DNA of 64,000 bases, taken from NCBI GenBank assembly GCA_002269645.1, contig NIVC01001076.1, positions 62,001 to 126,000 of the forward strand, read 5' to 3'. A model generated the notes under the pieces. That model worked only from the letters and a program-made list of their open reading frames with translations. It was not told the origin of the DNA and made no database searches. The DNA comes from Macrostomum lignano. Taxonomy: Eukaryota. Position numbers and translations under genes: made by a program. This document shows positions 48,376 through 61,990 of the stretch, one piece after another; within the stretch, counting starts at the first letter, position 1; every line of letters starts with the position of its first letter.

Positions 48376-51300
48376 ATGTATGCCAAGCACCCAAAAATTG
48401 TTAGGATGGAGGGTGACATAGGACAAAAACATTTAATTTAAGTCAAAGACAAAAGATTTAAACTACACATACAGCTTTGCTATACAAAGGCTCTCTAGAT
48501 ACAATTATGCTATATTTTCATAGAAGACTATATTGAACCAATTAGATAAAATTCAGTAAGCTTTGCATATAAATTTGGCTTTGAGATTGGGGTCTAGTAT
48601 TATAAACACTATATGTAGCTCAAATGAAAGTATGTTTCAATTTAATACCATTGGCTTTTATAGAGTATAAACTAAATAAACAAGGACTTATTCTAAAATC
48701 TAAAAGAATTGCATTGGCATATATTCTATATATCTATTAAATATTTTTTTTAATTTTTGTATTTGTATATTAAATACTATATTTCAATTTTAAAACTTAT
48801 ATCAATTGTATATTAAAATTATTCTATTATTAAAAACAGAAATATATTCTATTTTTTAATAAATAATAATAATGCTTATCTATACAAATATTTTGTTTGC
48901 TTTAAAAACTTTTCTTAAACTTTAAAAGTTGCTTGTATTTTAATAGGTCATGCTATAGTATACTTATTATTGCTCTATATTATTCCTTTGGTATAGTCAT
49001 ATATGCAAAGGATTTAAAAATATAAAAAAGAGGAAGGTAGATTATAAACATAAGAGTAGAGACACTATAATATACATAAGATCACTGCCCATTTAATTTT
49101 AAATTATTAAATTTTAGAATATTGATAATATTTGCAACTGCTAAACCGAAGGAAAAGGGGCATCATCATTGTTAGCCATATAGGATAGCTGCTATTGTCT
49201 TGCCCCTCTCCTTAAATCTACTCTTGTATAAGTAATATAATCTAGGTTTTTATACATAGTCATAGAGTGTGTGCATATCATATGTATTCTAATTTTTAGC
49301 AAAAAATCTAGGATAATTTTTATATAAACTTTTTTTCAAATGTAGCCTAGCTTAAAGTTTAGTATAGTATTGTACTCTTAGACTTAAGGTTTTAGATCAG
49401 GATTAGGAATCAATCTTTCATTCCTTTTCAAGTTTATTTAAATAGATAACTATTAAAAAGCTTTTGGCCCTATATAATGATTTTAGACTTATTCAAAGTC
49501 TTAGATATAATAACTAGCAGTTTGATTTTTATAAAAACAAAAGCTTTGTCTTTATTATTTAAAACTAACCCAATTTAGACTCACAACCTTCCTCTTTTGT
49601 TTTACTTTAATTAACAAATTAAATTAAACTTTAAATTAAGCAACTTATATCAAAAATCTATTTGATTGAATTTAATCAAGGATATAAATTTAAATTTCTA
49701 TCTCTACCTGTACTTAATTCTAAGTAATTTCAATTTAAGATTATTAATGTTAAAAATTTGTAATTGAGAAGAATGAGAAAGGGGGTTAAATTTTTTCTAT
49801 TAGGGGCCTAAGTCATTCAATTGAATTTTGAGTACTAGGCCTACTTTAAAGGGTAATATATATTATTTTAAGGCTAGGAGGCTAGCTGCTAGGCTATGGC
49901 TTAAAATGCATTAGAAAATGTAGCGCCACAACAGTCATTAGTGTTAATCATTAATTAGACAAGTTAGATTAGACTAAGATAGAACTAAGACTAAGAGTCA
50001 GACAGAGTAGCCCTACACAACAATATGCAATACAGTGCAAAATCTAGTGCTTTTAGTGATTTACAAAGGATGTTAATAGACTTTAAATGCACTTCTTTTT
50101 ATCTAACTTGCATAAGGGCTAGGCCTAATCCCTAAGCAGGCTAAGGCTTTGATTGCAGGACTTAAGTAAATTTAAATCCTTGATTTAATTTAGTACTTTA
50201 CTATAAAGTCAAAAGTGTAAGTACTAAACTATTATATAACAATAACAACACCGCTTTAGCTTCAACAATTTACTATGCTAACAACTAACTTTGACATTTT
50301 AAGCATTTTTTCAATCGATTTTTTACAATATTTTGGGGGGTGCTTTTATGCGGGGTGAATTCGGTAAGTAAGTAGTTACGAGCTAGTTAATAGTTAGTAG
50401 TTACTAGTTATACTAGTTAGACCTGCTGAACTTTTATTTAAAATGCATACCTTAAAACGCATATTTAAAAGTAAAATGTTTCAGTGTTTTTATCTTTACT
50501 CAAAATTATACATTTTGGGTATTCCTAGAATTGATTTTTTAAGCTCAATTAGCAAATAATTGGAACTAGTCAATTTTGTTTGTTATGCCTTTAAAAATAA
50601 GCGGACTGTGTATTGAAAGGATTTTAATTTTCTAACGCAAGCAAAAACGGTTAATCAAAATGCCTATGTACTTGACTGTTGGGAAGAGAATTCTAGGAGT
50701 TTATGCACTTTAAGACTTGCTTTACCTGTTGTGCAGGGCACACAATCGCGCGGCTAATAGTTCTGTGAAGAGTGCATCCAGACCCAGTAGGGTCTACATC
50801 ATATGCATGTCCCATACATGTACGAGCGTATACATGTACATGTTGAGGGCTTGCATTTTTGTCCAAAATTTGACTGGCTCTCCCCAAAATTTTCAATATG
50901 ACACCTGTAATAACACGGCCCTCCATCCTGATTTCGCCTCCATTTGCATCCATCTTTCAGAATTAAAATGCGTAATACAGTCGTACAGTTGCCGCGCAGC
51001 TAAACATTTTTAAAGACATCTCTTTCGTAAACACTACTAAAAGTAGACTCTAGTTTTGTCCCAGATTTTTCCATCCACATTGATTGAAATGGCGTGAACT
51101 CCAAGATAAATGGCGCCAACTCCAATTCTAATTGAATGGCGCGCCTTGGCCACTCAAAATACAGGTACATACAAACCTAAAGTGTTACACGCATACAGCA
51201 GCCACTTGTTCCGTGAAAAACAAAAACAAAAACAACACCAATGATTACGACACAGATTGCTTGTTCAGATAACTAAGACTAATTACTGCAATATAGATGG

Positions 51301-51924
51301 ATCCCAGACCCATTCCTAAATTGATTTTATCGATCAAGACAACGGACGAGACGTCATTGAAAATTTGAGGGAACCAGCTGTGTACGATCCATTCTACTTT
51401 TATAGCTGGTGTATATCATTGGCACTGCACACAAACAGGCACACACGAGATCTAGATCTGCAATCAAAATTTGCTGGATTTTCGATTGAAAATAGTCGGC
51501 CGCGATCAGTTTAAATAACAATATTAACTAGCTCGTATATACATAATAATATACACACAAGGGCGCGATCGAGCGCAACTTGTGGAAGCGATCGTGTAGG
51601 GAAAAATTTGATATCGAAACTTGAGCTCAGCTTCAGTTTCATCTGTAGGCCAAGCCCCGCCTACTACTATTATACTCAAATAATGACTGACAAGTTTGAA
51701 GGGTTTGTTTGGACAGCATCATCAAGATAGAGCCGCCACGCTTTGCATTGATCAGCCAGTCGGATTCGCAAGTCAGTTGAGATCGAAGCTGGGTATCTCG
51801 GCTCCATTCGGGGCTAGGTTAATTAAGCATTATGGGAATCTATTCAACTGCCCCATCCCTTCATGGTCCTTCATTACACCTAAAATAGTGCCCAGGCCAC
51901 ATCGATCTCACCGCGCCCGCCACA

Positions 51925-53240
51925 ACCTCTCCCAGAGTCTCCCCCAATCTCATTCTGCCTCCCTCAACCTCTCTCAGAGTCTCCCTCAATCTCATCCTGC
52001 CCTCCCTTAATCTCATCCTGCCTCCCTCAATCTCACCCTGCCCTCCCTTAATCTCATCCTGCCTCCCTTAATCTCATCCTGCCTCCCTCAATCTCATCCT
52101 GCCTCCCTCAATCTCATCCTGCCCTCCCTTAATCTCATCCTGCCTCCCCCAGTCTCATCCTGCCTTCCTTAATCTCATCCTGCCTCCGTCAATCTCATCC
52201 TACCTCTCTCAATTTCCTTCTGCCTCCCTAGCTCAATCTCTCTCAGAATCTCCCTTAATCTCATTCTGCCTCCCCCAATCTCAGCCTGCCTCCCCCAATC
52301 TCAGCATGCCTCCCTCAATCTCAGCATGCCTCCCTCAATCTCATCCTGCCTTCCTCAATCTTATCCTGCCTCCTCCAATCTCATTCTGCCTCCCTCAATC
52401 TCATCCTGCCTCCCTCAATCTCATCCTGCCTTCCTCAATCTCATCCTGCCTTCCTCAATCTCATCCTGCCTCCCTCAATCTCATCCTGCCTCCCTCAATC
52501 TCATCCTGCCTCCCTCAATCTCATCCTGCCTCCCTCAATCTTATCCCGCCTCCCTCAATCTTATCCTGCCTCCTCCAATCTCATCCTGCCTCCCTCAATC
52601 TCATCCTGCCTCCCTCAATCTCATCCTGCCTCCCTCAATCTCATCCTGCCTCCCTCAATCTCATCCTGCCTCCCTCAATCTCATCCTGCCTCCCCTAATC
52701 TCATCCTGCCTCCCCCAATCTCCTCCTGCCTCCCTCAATCTCATCCTGCCTCCCTCAATCTCATCCTGCCTCCCTAGCTCAATCTCTTTCATAGTCTCCT
52801 TATATCCCTCAATCTCATTCCGCCTCCCTCAATCTCATCCTGCCTCCCTCAATCTCATCCTGCCTCCCCCAATCTCCTCCTGCCTCCCCCAATCTCATCC
52901 TGCCTTCCCCAATCTCATCCTGCCTCCCCCAATCTCCTCCTGCCTCCCCCAATCTCATCCTGCCTTCCCCAATCTCATCCTGCCTCCCCCAATCTCATCC
53001 TGCCTCCCCCAATCTCATCCTGCCTCCCCCAATCTCATCCTGCCTCCCCCAATCTCCTCCTGCCTCCCCCAATCTCATCCTGCCTTCCCCAATCTCATCC
53101 TGCCTCCCCCAATCTCCTCCTGCCTCCCCCAATCTCATCCTGCCTTCCCCAATCTCATCCTGCCTCCCCCAATCTCATCCTGCCTCCCCCAATCTCATCC
53201 TGCCTCCCCCAATCTCATCCTGCCTCCCTCCATCTCTCAA
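51925..53240 (+). repeat. 20-bp pyrimidine-rich minisatellite (CAATCTCATCCTGCCTCCCT)
   Basis: About 60 units. Confidence 0.95.
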
Positions 53241-53877
53241 TAAATTTAAGAAGGCAGCGCCGAAACTGAATATCAACTATGAATTCTAATCCAGAAAAAT
53301 GTCGGCAGGAAGTTTTGGCTTTTAGCGGTTAAACTCAATCTCCCACATTGTAGAATTTTTGTAATGACGGGTTCCGAGAAGCAGCAAAGCCAGGGTAAAA
53401 AAGAACTCCAGAGTTGAGTTACTGCAAAGCCGGATTAGCCAACTTGAAATTCTATATAATTAGCAAAGCTGTCTGGGCCGGGAGTCACGTGATAATTGGT
53501 CATTTATAATTGGCCTCGCGCGATCTGCTGCTCACTTCTAGGCTAATTAACTATAATTGGCTGATCAGGGAGGCAGGAGAAGACTCAAATCCCTGATCGA
53601 ACTTTAATCCGCAATCAAGCGAACAAAATGCCGATGGTTGATCCCCTGGTCTGATTTAAATTGGATGCAAAAAAAGGTTCCTGATTAAGAATCTGTCTTC
53701 TTTCACACCTTTGTAGGGAACTGGCAGTCAATTATGCACGAGCAAATGAGCATATCAGTTTCTCATGGATGGGATTACATAGTTGAGATAGAAAAATTCT
53801 GGGCTATGTAAAGGCGGTTTGAAGGAGGTCAGTTGACCCCTGCCCCATCTGTTGGTGGGTCGAGGTTTTTTATTTGG

Positions 53878-54500
53878 CGCACTGTCCTTGGGTGGGGCAC
53901 TGTCCTTAGGTGGGGGGCACTGTCCTTAGGTGGGGGGGCACTGTCCTTAGGTGGGGGCACTGTCCCTAGGTGGGGGGCACTGTCCTTAGGTGGGGACACT
54001 GTCCTTAGGTGGGGCACTGTCCCTAGGTGGGGGCACTGTCCTTAGGTGGGGGCACTGTCCCTAGGTGGGGACACTGTCCTTAGGTGGGGCACTGTCCTTA
54101 GGTGGGGGGGGCACTGTCCTTAGGTGGGGGGCACTGTCCTTAGGTGGGCGCACTGTCCTAGGTGGGGGCACTGTCCTTAGGTGGGGCACTGTCCTTAAGG
54201 GACTTGTCCTTAGGTGGGGGCACTGTCCTTAGGTGGGGCACTGTCCTTAGGTGGGGGGGCACTGTCCTTAGGTGGGGCACTGTCCTTAAGGGACTTGTCT
54301 TTAGGTGGGGCACTGTCCTTAGGTGGGGGGCACTGTCCTTAGGTGGGGCACTGTCCTTAGGTGGGGGGCACTGTCCTTAGGTGGGGCACTGTCCTTAGGT
54401 GGGGGGCACTGTCCTTAGGTGGGGCACTGTCCTTAAGGGACTTGTCCTTAGGTGGGGCACAGTCCTTAGGGGCATTGTCCTCCTTGGGGCACTGTCTGCG
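53878..54500 (+). repeat. ~19-21-bp G-rich minisatellite (GGGCACTGTCCTTAGGTGG)
   Basis: Variable G-run lengths; flanked by GGTCAGYTGACCCC motifs. Confidence 0.93.
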
Positions 54501-55159
54501 GGGTGGGGGTCAGCTGACCCCTCTCATTCTCGGGACCACCCTAGGTCCACTCCAAGAATACATGATGCCTATTCTTTTTCGATTTTCAATCAGGAAGTCG
54601 TACTTTAGCATTTTAACGATTGGCAAATATTCAAAAACTTCTAGAGAAGGTTAATTTATATATTCTATCCATTATAATGTCGGCTTAACCACCATTTGCC
54701 ACGCTAAAAAGGCCTCTGACTGCACGGACTGAGAATTGGGAGAGCGAAGAGAAATCGTTAAGTGAGATTGAGCCGGAGTGGAGAAGGCTGCTCATTCAGG
54801 TGCACTGGCCCGCGATGCATTATGATAATGAGGCGCCCCCCCCCGAGGCTTGAAAAGCGCAGGCGTATGGCGAAAGTTTTCAGCCTGGGCTGAGGATTAA
54901 GGCGGGATTAAATCGGGGGGGGGGGAAGGAGAGTTGGTTGAGGACGAGTTTTGCCACCCGCCGCACATGATTAATGACCGCCGACACAGTCCACTGCATC
55001 TTTGGGAAATCTGAAGTCGAAGGGGAGAGCAGTTTGATGGGCTCCGGTTCACTGACTGGCAAGCCTTCTCTGGCTTGGAAATATCGCCATTCTTTTAGCT
55101 GACTTTCCTATGGCTTTGATATATCAGTAAATAATAGCTCAGATTTTACCCGCTGATTT

Positions 55160-55485
55160 CCGCCCCATGTCAAACCTACTCTCCCGAAATCCGCCCCAAT
55201 AAAACCTGCTCCTCTGTGAAATCCGCCCCCTATCAAACCTACTTCCCCGAAATCCGCCCCCTATCAAACCTACTCCCCCGAAATCCGCCCCCTATTTAAC
55301 CTACTCCCCCGAAATCCGCCCCCCTATTCAACCTACTCCCCCGAAATCCGCCCCCCTATTCAACCTACTCCCCCGAAATCCGCCCCCTATTCAACCTACT
55401 CCCCCGAAATCCGCCCCCTATTCAACCTACTCCCCCGAAATCCGCCCCCCTATTCAACCTCCCAGAATCCGCCCCCCTATTAAAC
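55160..55485 (+). repeat. ~31-bp minisatellite (AAATCCGCCCCCTATTCAACCTACTCCCCG)
   Basis: About 9 units. Confidence 0.9.
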
Positions 55486-57029
55486 ATAGTTAAAAGCACT
55501 GTTCAAGCAAACAGCCGAGTCCAGACAACAATGTCCAAATTAGGAATCTGTAAACTTAAATCTGCCAGAGAAAAACACAGAAAACAAGTTCATTCAGCTA
55601 ATAAGGCGGTGCTTATTAGACGGTTAGCCCCTTGTGTTGACTGACATTAGTACTGATTGATTGACACTATATATGCGCAAACAATACTTTTATATGGCGG
55701 TACCTAGCGTAGTACAACACTGAAAGAGCTGCCCGACCCAGCAATATCACAGATGGCCAGTCTGAACAAGGACAAGCAATAAGAGATGATGGCGCGTTTG
55801 TTAAAAGAGCATCCAATCGAATGCGGAATATTCTCTAGACAAAGTGGGTCTGAAAAATCTTATATTCAATATGGCCGCTATGCGCCGCAGATTTTTACCC
55901 TAGAATTGGGGGTGGTGCCAAAATGCAAAAGGCCTGGTCACAACCCTCGGTAGATGAGACACTGTGATAAATAAATACGGTTGAATCGGTCTTTGTCGCT
56001 TAATTCCCACTTTTTTATCCAGTGGGTCCAGACTGCGTGATTAAAATCTTGGCTATACGAACGTAGCAAGTTATTTTTTGCAATTGCAAACGGGTGGCAG
56101 TTTGGCACATTCAAGGAGATTTGAACATTGAAACTGGATTTGATATAAGATACGGTTGCTTTTATGGTTACAAGCAATGCCTATTTTATTTTTAATATTC
56201 GTAATTAAAATTTTTCTATGGTTCTGCCCGCACCACCGACACGGATCAAGAGTTTGCTTCCAAAAAAACCCTTCTCTAGTCTAGTCACATGACATGAACC
56301 AGTCATGATTTATTTAGTCTAAATGCGCACTTGTCTATGGCCAAGAGCCAGTTGCTCAAACTGTTGGTTGACAATTGCAGTAGGGTATCCTTCGTTCGTG
56401 CTGTCCGAAAGGCAGTATAGAGCAATCCAGATTCTTGGCTCTGGGTCCCCTTGGCAGTGCAAACCACTAACTTTAGTCAGGCTCTCCCTTGATTCTCCTA
56501 ATTTTACCATCTCTAGACTTTATATTTTACATTAGCTATAAGAAACATTGTAGCAGTGGACCCATTGTGTCTGAAGCGAGTTTCGAACCCAACTTCTACA
56601 CTCCTTTTTCACAGCTCGATGACTTGCTTGCGTTCTGAACAAACGTTTTCGGGGGGGGGGGAGGGTCTTGGGGATATCCTGACGTGTCTTTCTTCCCTGC
56701 ATTCGCTTCCCGTCATTTCCTGTGTCATTTTTTTAACTCTCCACCCACTCAACTGGACTGCCTAACTGGCTGAATTAATTATATTTAAATCAAAAGGCAA
56801 TTATGCTAATATTAAAAAACTTTTGAACCGAATCATCAGTTATTGGCAGAAATGCAAGGACTGTGTTATGCAATTTAAACACACACACACAGTATGGCTA
56901 ATGGCTTTGGTTTCTTTTCTTCCAAATTAGGAAATCTTAACTGATAATCTATGGAATTCGAATGTCAACTTATAAATAGTACCGTTTCTCCGCTATGGCA
57001 CGCGGCACGCCTAATGACCCCTAATGCTC

Positions 57030-58115
57030 GGCGCCCCAATGTCCCTGCCGGCGCCTTAATATCACTGCCGGTGCCCCAATGATAACTTCGGCGCCCTAAT
57101 GATAACTTCGGCGACCGAATGATAACTTCGGCGCCCTAATGATAACTTCGGCGCCCTAATGATAACTTCGGCAACCCAATGATAAACTTCGGCGCCCTAA
57201 TGATAACTTCGGCGCCCTAATGATAACTTCGACGACCCAATGATAACTTCGGCGCCCTAATGATAACTTCGGCGCCCCAACGATAATTTCTACGCCCCCC
57301 ACTGATAACTTCGGCGCCCCCCAATGATAACTTCGGCGCCCCCAATGATAACTTCGGCGCCCCCAATGATAACTTCGGCGCCCCCAATGATAACTTCGGC
57401 GCCCCCAATGATAACTTCGGCGCCCCCCAATGATAACTTCGGCGCCCCCCAATGATAACTTCGGCGCCCCCCAATGATAACTTCGGCGCCCCCCAATGAT
57501 AACTTCGGCGCCCCCCAATGATAACTTCGGCGCCCCCCAATGATAACTTCGGCGACCCAATGATAACTTCGGCGCCCCCCAATGATAACTTCGGCGCCCC
57601 CCAATGATAACTTCGGCGCCCCCAATGATAACTTCGGCGCCCCCCAATGATAACTTCGGCGACCCAATGATAACTTCGGCGCCCCCAATGATAACTTCGG
57701 CGCCCCCCAATGATAACTTCGGCGCCCCAATGATAACTTCGGCGGCCCCCAATGATAACTTCGGCGCCCCCCAATGATAACTTCGGCGACCCAATGATAA
57801 CTTCGGCGCCCCCCAATGATAACTTCGGCGACCCAATGATAACTTCGGCGCCCCCCAATGATAACTTCGGCGCCCCCCAATGATAACTTCGGCGCCCCCC
57901 AATGATAACTTCGGCGCCCCCCAATGATAACTTCGGCGCCCTAATGATAACTTCGGCGCCCCAACGATAATTTCTACGCCCCCCACTGATAACTTCGGCG
58001 CCCCCCAATGATAACTTCGGCGCCCCCCAATGATAACTTCGGCGCCCCCCAATGATAACTTCGGCGCCCCCCAATGATAACTTCGGCGCCCCCCAATGAT
58101 AACTTCGGCGCCCCA
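57030..58115 (+). repeat. ~22-bp minisatellite (GGCGCCCCCCAATGATAACTTC)
   Basis: About 50 units with variable C-run. Confidence 0.95.
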
Positions 58116-59416
58116 AATTCTATAAAAAAGATTCCGACAAATTCACACCACAAGAAGAGCCACACAAGGCTAGAAATACAGTCTGATAGGGTAAAGTCAG
58201 ACCCGTGAGGCATCAGACAGACCGACTCCTGCATTTTTCTAATACATAAGAAAAGATGGTGCAGCTGAAAAATAGGCCAATACAAGACTAAGTACCATAG
58301 CAGAGGATAAGAAAGAATTATTTAAATCAGCTTAGTCAGACAGATAGAGAAAGAGCTGGTCAATTGTCCTACACAGAGCTCATATATCCATAGCATTGTG
58401 TCTGTAGCACACAGCGGGCGGTCTGTCAGGGCCAGTGGCTAAGTTATATTATTATAAGCTATTGCTTTATAAATTAAGAGCGGTATCATCACACACACAG
58501 AGAGAGAGGGTGCGGTGCGGGCTTGAGCTGGAAAATACAGTCGTCTGCTGCTCAACTGACCGTCTGCTACTCCGGCCGGCCGGGTAAAGGGCTGCTTTTG
58601 TGCTATACCGGGAGACCACGGGGGGGGGGGGTTAGTGACAGTAAGTTTGTGACTGTATGCGATCGGTCTTAATAGAAGTAAGCCAAGGGTAAGAGACAGA
58701 GCGGTCAGAGTCACCCACCCACCGACAGAGAAGAAACTCAGCACCAAAAATTATTATTGAAGCAGTTTAGACTCTCCAGATGGCGGATTAAAGACTCCCA
58801 CATTCAACTGTGCAGGAATATTTGCTAGTGTGGGGAATGCGGAGGGGATAAATGAGGGAAGAGTGGGATCGGTTAGACAGCTCTCTGGTTGGCTGGGCCA
58901 GAGCCTCACCAGCCTCTGCCATTGGCTGTGCACTGTGCTGCCCGCCAACCTCTGCTTTCGCGAAAGCCGGGCAAGGCCCCGAGCCAGTCTGTTCCACCAA
59001 CCCGCCGCCCCTCCTCTCTCCGAGCCCCCTTCAGTCTTTCTATTTCTCTCCTCTCCAGCCCCGCTGCGGGACAGGCCGTGTCAAGAAAGCGAGTATAAAT
59101 TTTGACATTTTATTACACATTTTGACAGTCGCGCCTCCCCACTTGCAAGCACAAGCCCCGACTGGCGCTCGTCAATAATAATTAACCTCTCGCTAGACGG
59201 TCGAGCCGCGAAATCCTCTCGATCTCTTCCCCCCCTCTCTCTCTCTCACTCTCGACTGTCTTCTTCCCCCCGTCAAGTCCGACTTCATCTGACCAGACTT
59301 GAGCTGACAGCTGAGCCATCAACAGGCCCGGGAACAGACACACACACACACACACACACACACTCTCTCTCTCTCTCTCTGTCCCGTCACACGCAAGTCC
59401 CCCATTTCCTGTTCAC

Positions 59417-59449
59417 ATGTCGGCGGCACAGCAGCAGCAGCAGCAGCGC
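59417..59449 (+). CDS. MEIS: Meis/homothorax TALE homeobox gene, exon 1
   Basis: ATG TCG GCG GCA (CAG)6 CGC|GTAAGT with a canonical donor; phase 0 matches exon 2. Confidence 0.7.
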
Positions 59450-59568
59450 GTAAGTACCCACAAATAATGCAACTTGACAAGTCAGTCACAGCGGTGACGT
59501 GACGAGAGGCCCGCCCGGCTCTCATAGCTGAATATAAGCAGCATGCATTCAATTTGATTCTGCTTCAG

Positions 59569-59801
59569 CAGCAGCAGCAGTATGCCGACGCTTCGACTGG
59601 CGGAACGGGCGGCGGAGTTGGCGGCAGCGACTGTCCCAGTCTGTCGCCGGCGTCGCAGGGCCAGTCTGGTTCAAAGCCGTCGGCAGCGTCTGCAGCAGCC
59701 GCGGCAGCAGCTGTGGCAGCCGCCTCCTGCGGATCGTCCGGTTTCGGCCCCGGCGCCTCTTCGGCCGAGGATTCTAAGAAAGGTCGAGATCAGATTCACG
59801 G
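59569..59801 (+). CDS. MEIS: Meis/homothorax, exon 2
   Basis: Q/G/A-rich N-terminus ending SKKGRDQIHG|GTGAGT, matching Meis KRDKDxIYG|HPLF at the usual intron position. Confidence 0.85.
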
Positions 59802-59924
59802 GTGAGTTTGTGAGTTTGTCTGCACTGATTGAAAATAAGGAATCATTTCGTCTTCATTGTTTTATTTTTCTATCATGTGTGTTCATTAGACTAGCGAGGA
59901 TAGTAGAGTAGCTAAGAGAGTAGC

Positions 59925-60450
59925 TTGTATAAATGGTAGAGTAGCTTGCATGAATGGTAGTGTAGCTTGCATGAATGGTAGAGTAGCTTGCATAAATGGT
60001 AGTGTAGCTTGCATGAATGGTAGTGTAGCTTGCATGAATGGTAGTGTAGCTTGCATAAATGGTAGAGTAGCTTGCATGAATGGTAGTGTAGCTTGCATAA
60101 ATGGTAGTGTAGCTTGCATGAATGGTAGTGTAGCTTGCATAAATGGTAGAGTAGCTTGCATGAATGGTAGTGTAGCTTGCATGAATGGTAGTGTAGCTTG
60201 CATAAATGGTAGAGTAGCTTGCATGAATGGTAGTGTAGCTTGCATAAATGGTAGAGTAGCTTGCATGAATGGCAGAGTAGCTTGCATAAATGGTAGAGTA
60301 GCTTGCATGAATGGTAGTGTAGCTTGCATAAATGGTAGAGTAGCTTGCATGAATGGTAGTGTAGCTTGCATGAATGGTAGTGTAGCTTGCATGAATGGTA
60401 GTGTAGCTTGCATAAATGGTAGAGTAGCTTGCATAAATGGTAGAGTAGCC
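59925..60450 (+). repeat. 21-bp minisatellite (TAGTGTAGCTTGCATGAATGG) in Meis intron 2
   Basis: About 25 units; explains ORFs 59886-60612. Confidence 0.95.
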
Positions 60451-61544
60451 TGGTTAGAAGCAATGGTTGATATCAGTGAATCAGTACAGAACGCAATGCC
60501 TAAAAGCAGTCATCCAGATACACTAGCATCCAAGCGCACACAAAGTCAAAGATACTCCAGCTGCTTGTTGTGCCCAAGTATATATTTTATATATCGAGGC
60601 CAAATAATGTAATGTTTAGTGACAATAAAACTGCACAAGCATTATATGCATACTATATAATACTACACATGTATGCACAAGTCAGAGAGGGCCCTGGCTA
60701 TAAGTAAAGTCAGCATCAGGCAAGAGAGGTACTAACTAATGCTATAGCTAACCATTGACTTTATCCAATCCACTGAGTCCGCCTCACCGGGGGGGGGGGG
60801 TTGCTAACTTGCCTCCCTCTCATCCGGATTCATGGGGAGACGGTTAAGGAGGGAAGGGGAGCTCGACTCGAGATTAAGACTGTTTGCTCAATCTGCAGAT
60901 ATAGCCATGCGGTCAGTAGCAGCGGTTTCCCCAATGTGTTTACACTGCGCTGCATAGATAGATAGCAGGGAGCCTTCGGATCCGGCCTCTGCTACATCTA
61001 GTTCTCTCTCTCTCTCTCTCTCTCTCTCCTTCTCTCTCCCTTAATCTACTTCTCTCCCCTCTACTTCCTAAAAGCTAAGCACTCAAGTATGTTAACAGAG
61101 GACTATACTATATTAAGATACCAGCTGAGGCCTGAAATTGCTTTATCGGGGTCACTCTAAATTCCCCCAAATCTGGCAATATTTATTGCAGTGTGGCAGC
61201 TAAACAGGTGTTGCCAGCAGTCAGCATATTGATAATGGCTTTGAAATAGTGTATTTTTTCAGCAGTTATATACGGATTCCAAAGCAATTTATAGGCTCTC
61301 ATATCGTTTCTTTATCGAATCAATTTTATTTCCAAAATGGCCTATCTAATTTATAATTAATAATTTTACTGTGTATATATATGCATGTAAGGCAGGCAGG
61401 CACACAAACTTAAGTAAACTCACTTAGCTTGAACTGGTCTGTAAACATAGAGAGATTATAATACTTAATCTCATTCATTTTCCCTGCTTACATTCAAAGT
61501 TTTTCTGAGGGTAAAAAATCCCTTGCGAAGTTTAGGTCTAATAA

Positions 61545-61990
61545 AGTGTAGGTCTTGTGGAGTTTAGGTCTAATGAAGTTTAGGTTTCATGAATTTAGGT
61601 CCCATGAAGTTTAGGTCTAATGAAGCTTAGGTCTAATGAAGTTTAGGTCTAACGAAGCTTAGGTCTAATGAAGTTTAGGTTTCATGAATTTAGGTCTCAT
61701 GAAGTTTAGGTCCCATGAAGTTTAGGTCTCATGAAGTTTAGGTCCCATGAAGTTTAGGTCTCATGAAGTTTAGGTCCCATGAAGTTTAGGTCTCATGAAG
61801 TTTAGGTCCCATGAAGTTTAGGTCTCATGAAGTTTAGGTCCCATGAAGCTTAGGTCTAATGAAGTTTAGGTCCCATGAAGTTTAGGTCTTGTGAAGCTTA
61901 GGTCTCATAAAGTTTAGGTCTTGTGAAGCTTAGGTCTCATAAAGTTTAGGCCTTACGAAGCTTAGGTCCTATGAAGTTTAGGTCTGATGA
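61545..61990 (+). repeat. 16-bp minisatellite (AAGTTTAGGTCCCATG) in Meis intron 2
   Basis: About 27 units. Confidence 0.92.

Noticed and set aside
56570-56610. tRNA or SINE B-box-like GGTTCGAAAC on the minus strand (similar motif at ~30868)
   Set aside because: No A-box or cloverleaf could be built; at most a decayed SINE remnant.
51925-60612. Long repetitive ORFs (52306-53243, 57156-58116, 59886-60612) and similar ones at 7890-11267 and 31377-33036
   Set aside because: All coincide with tandem repeats and lack domains or splice support.
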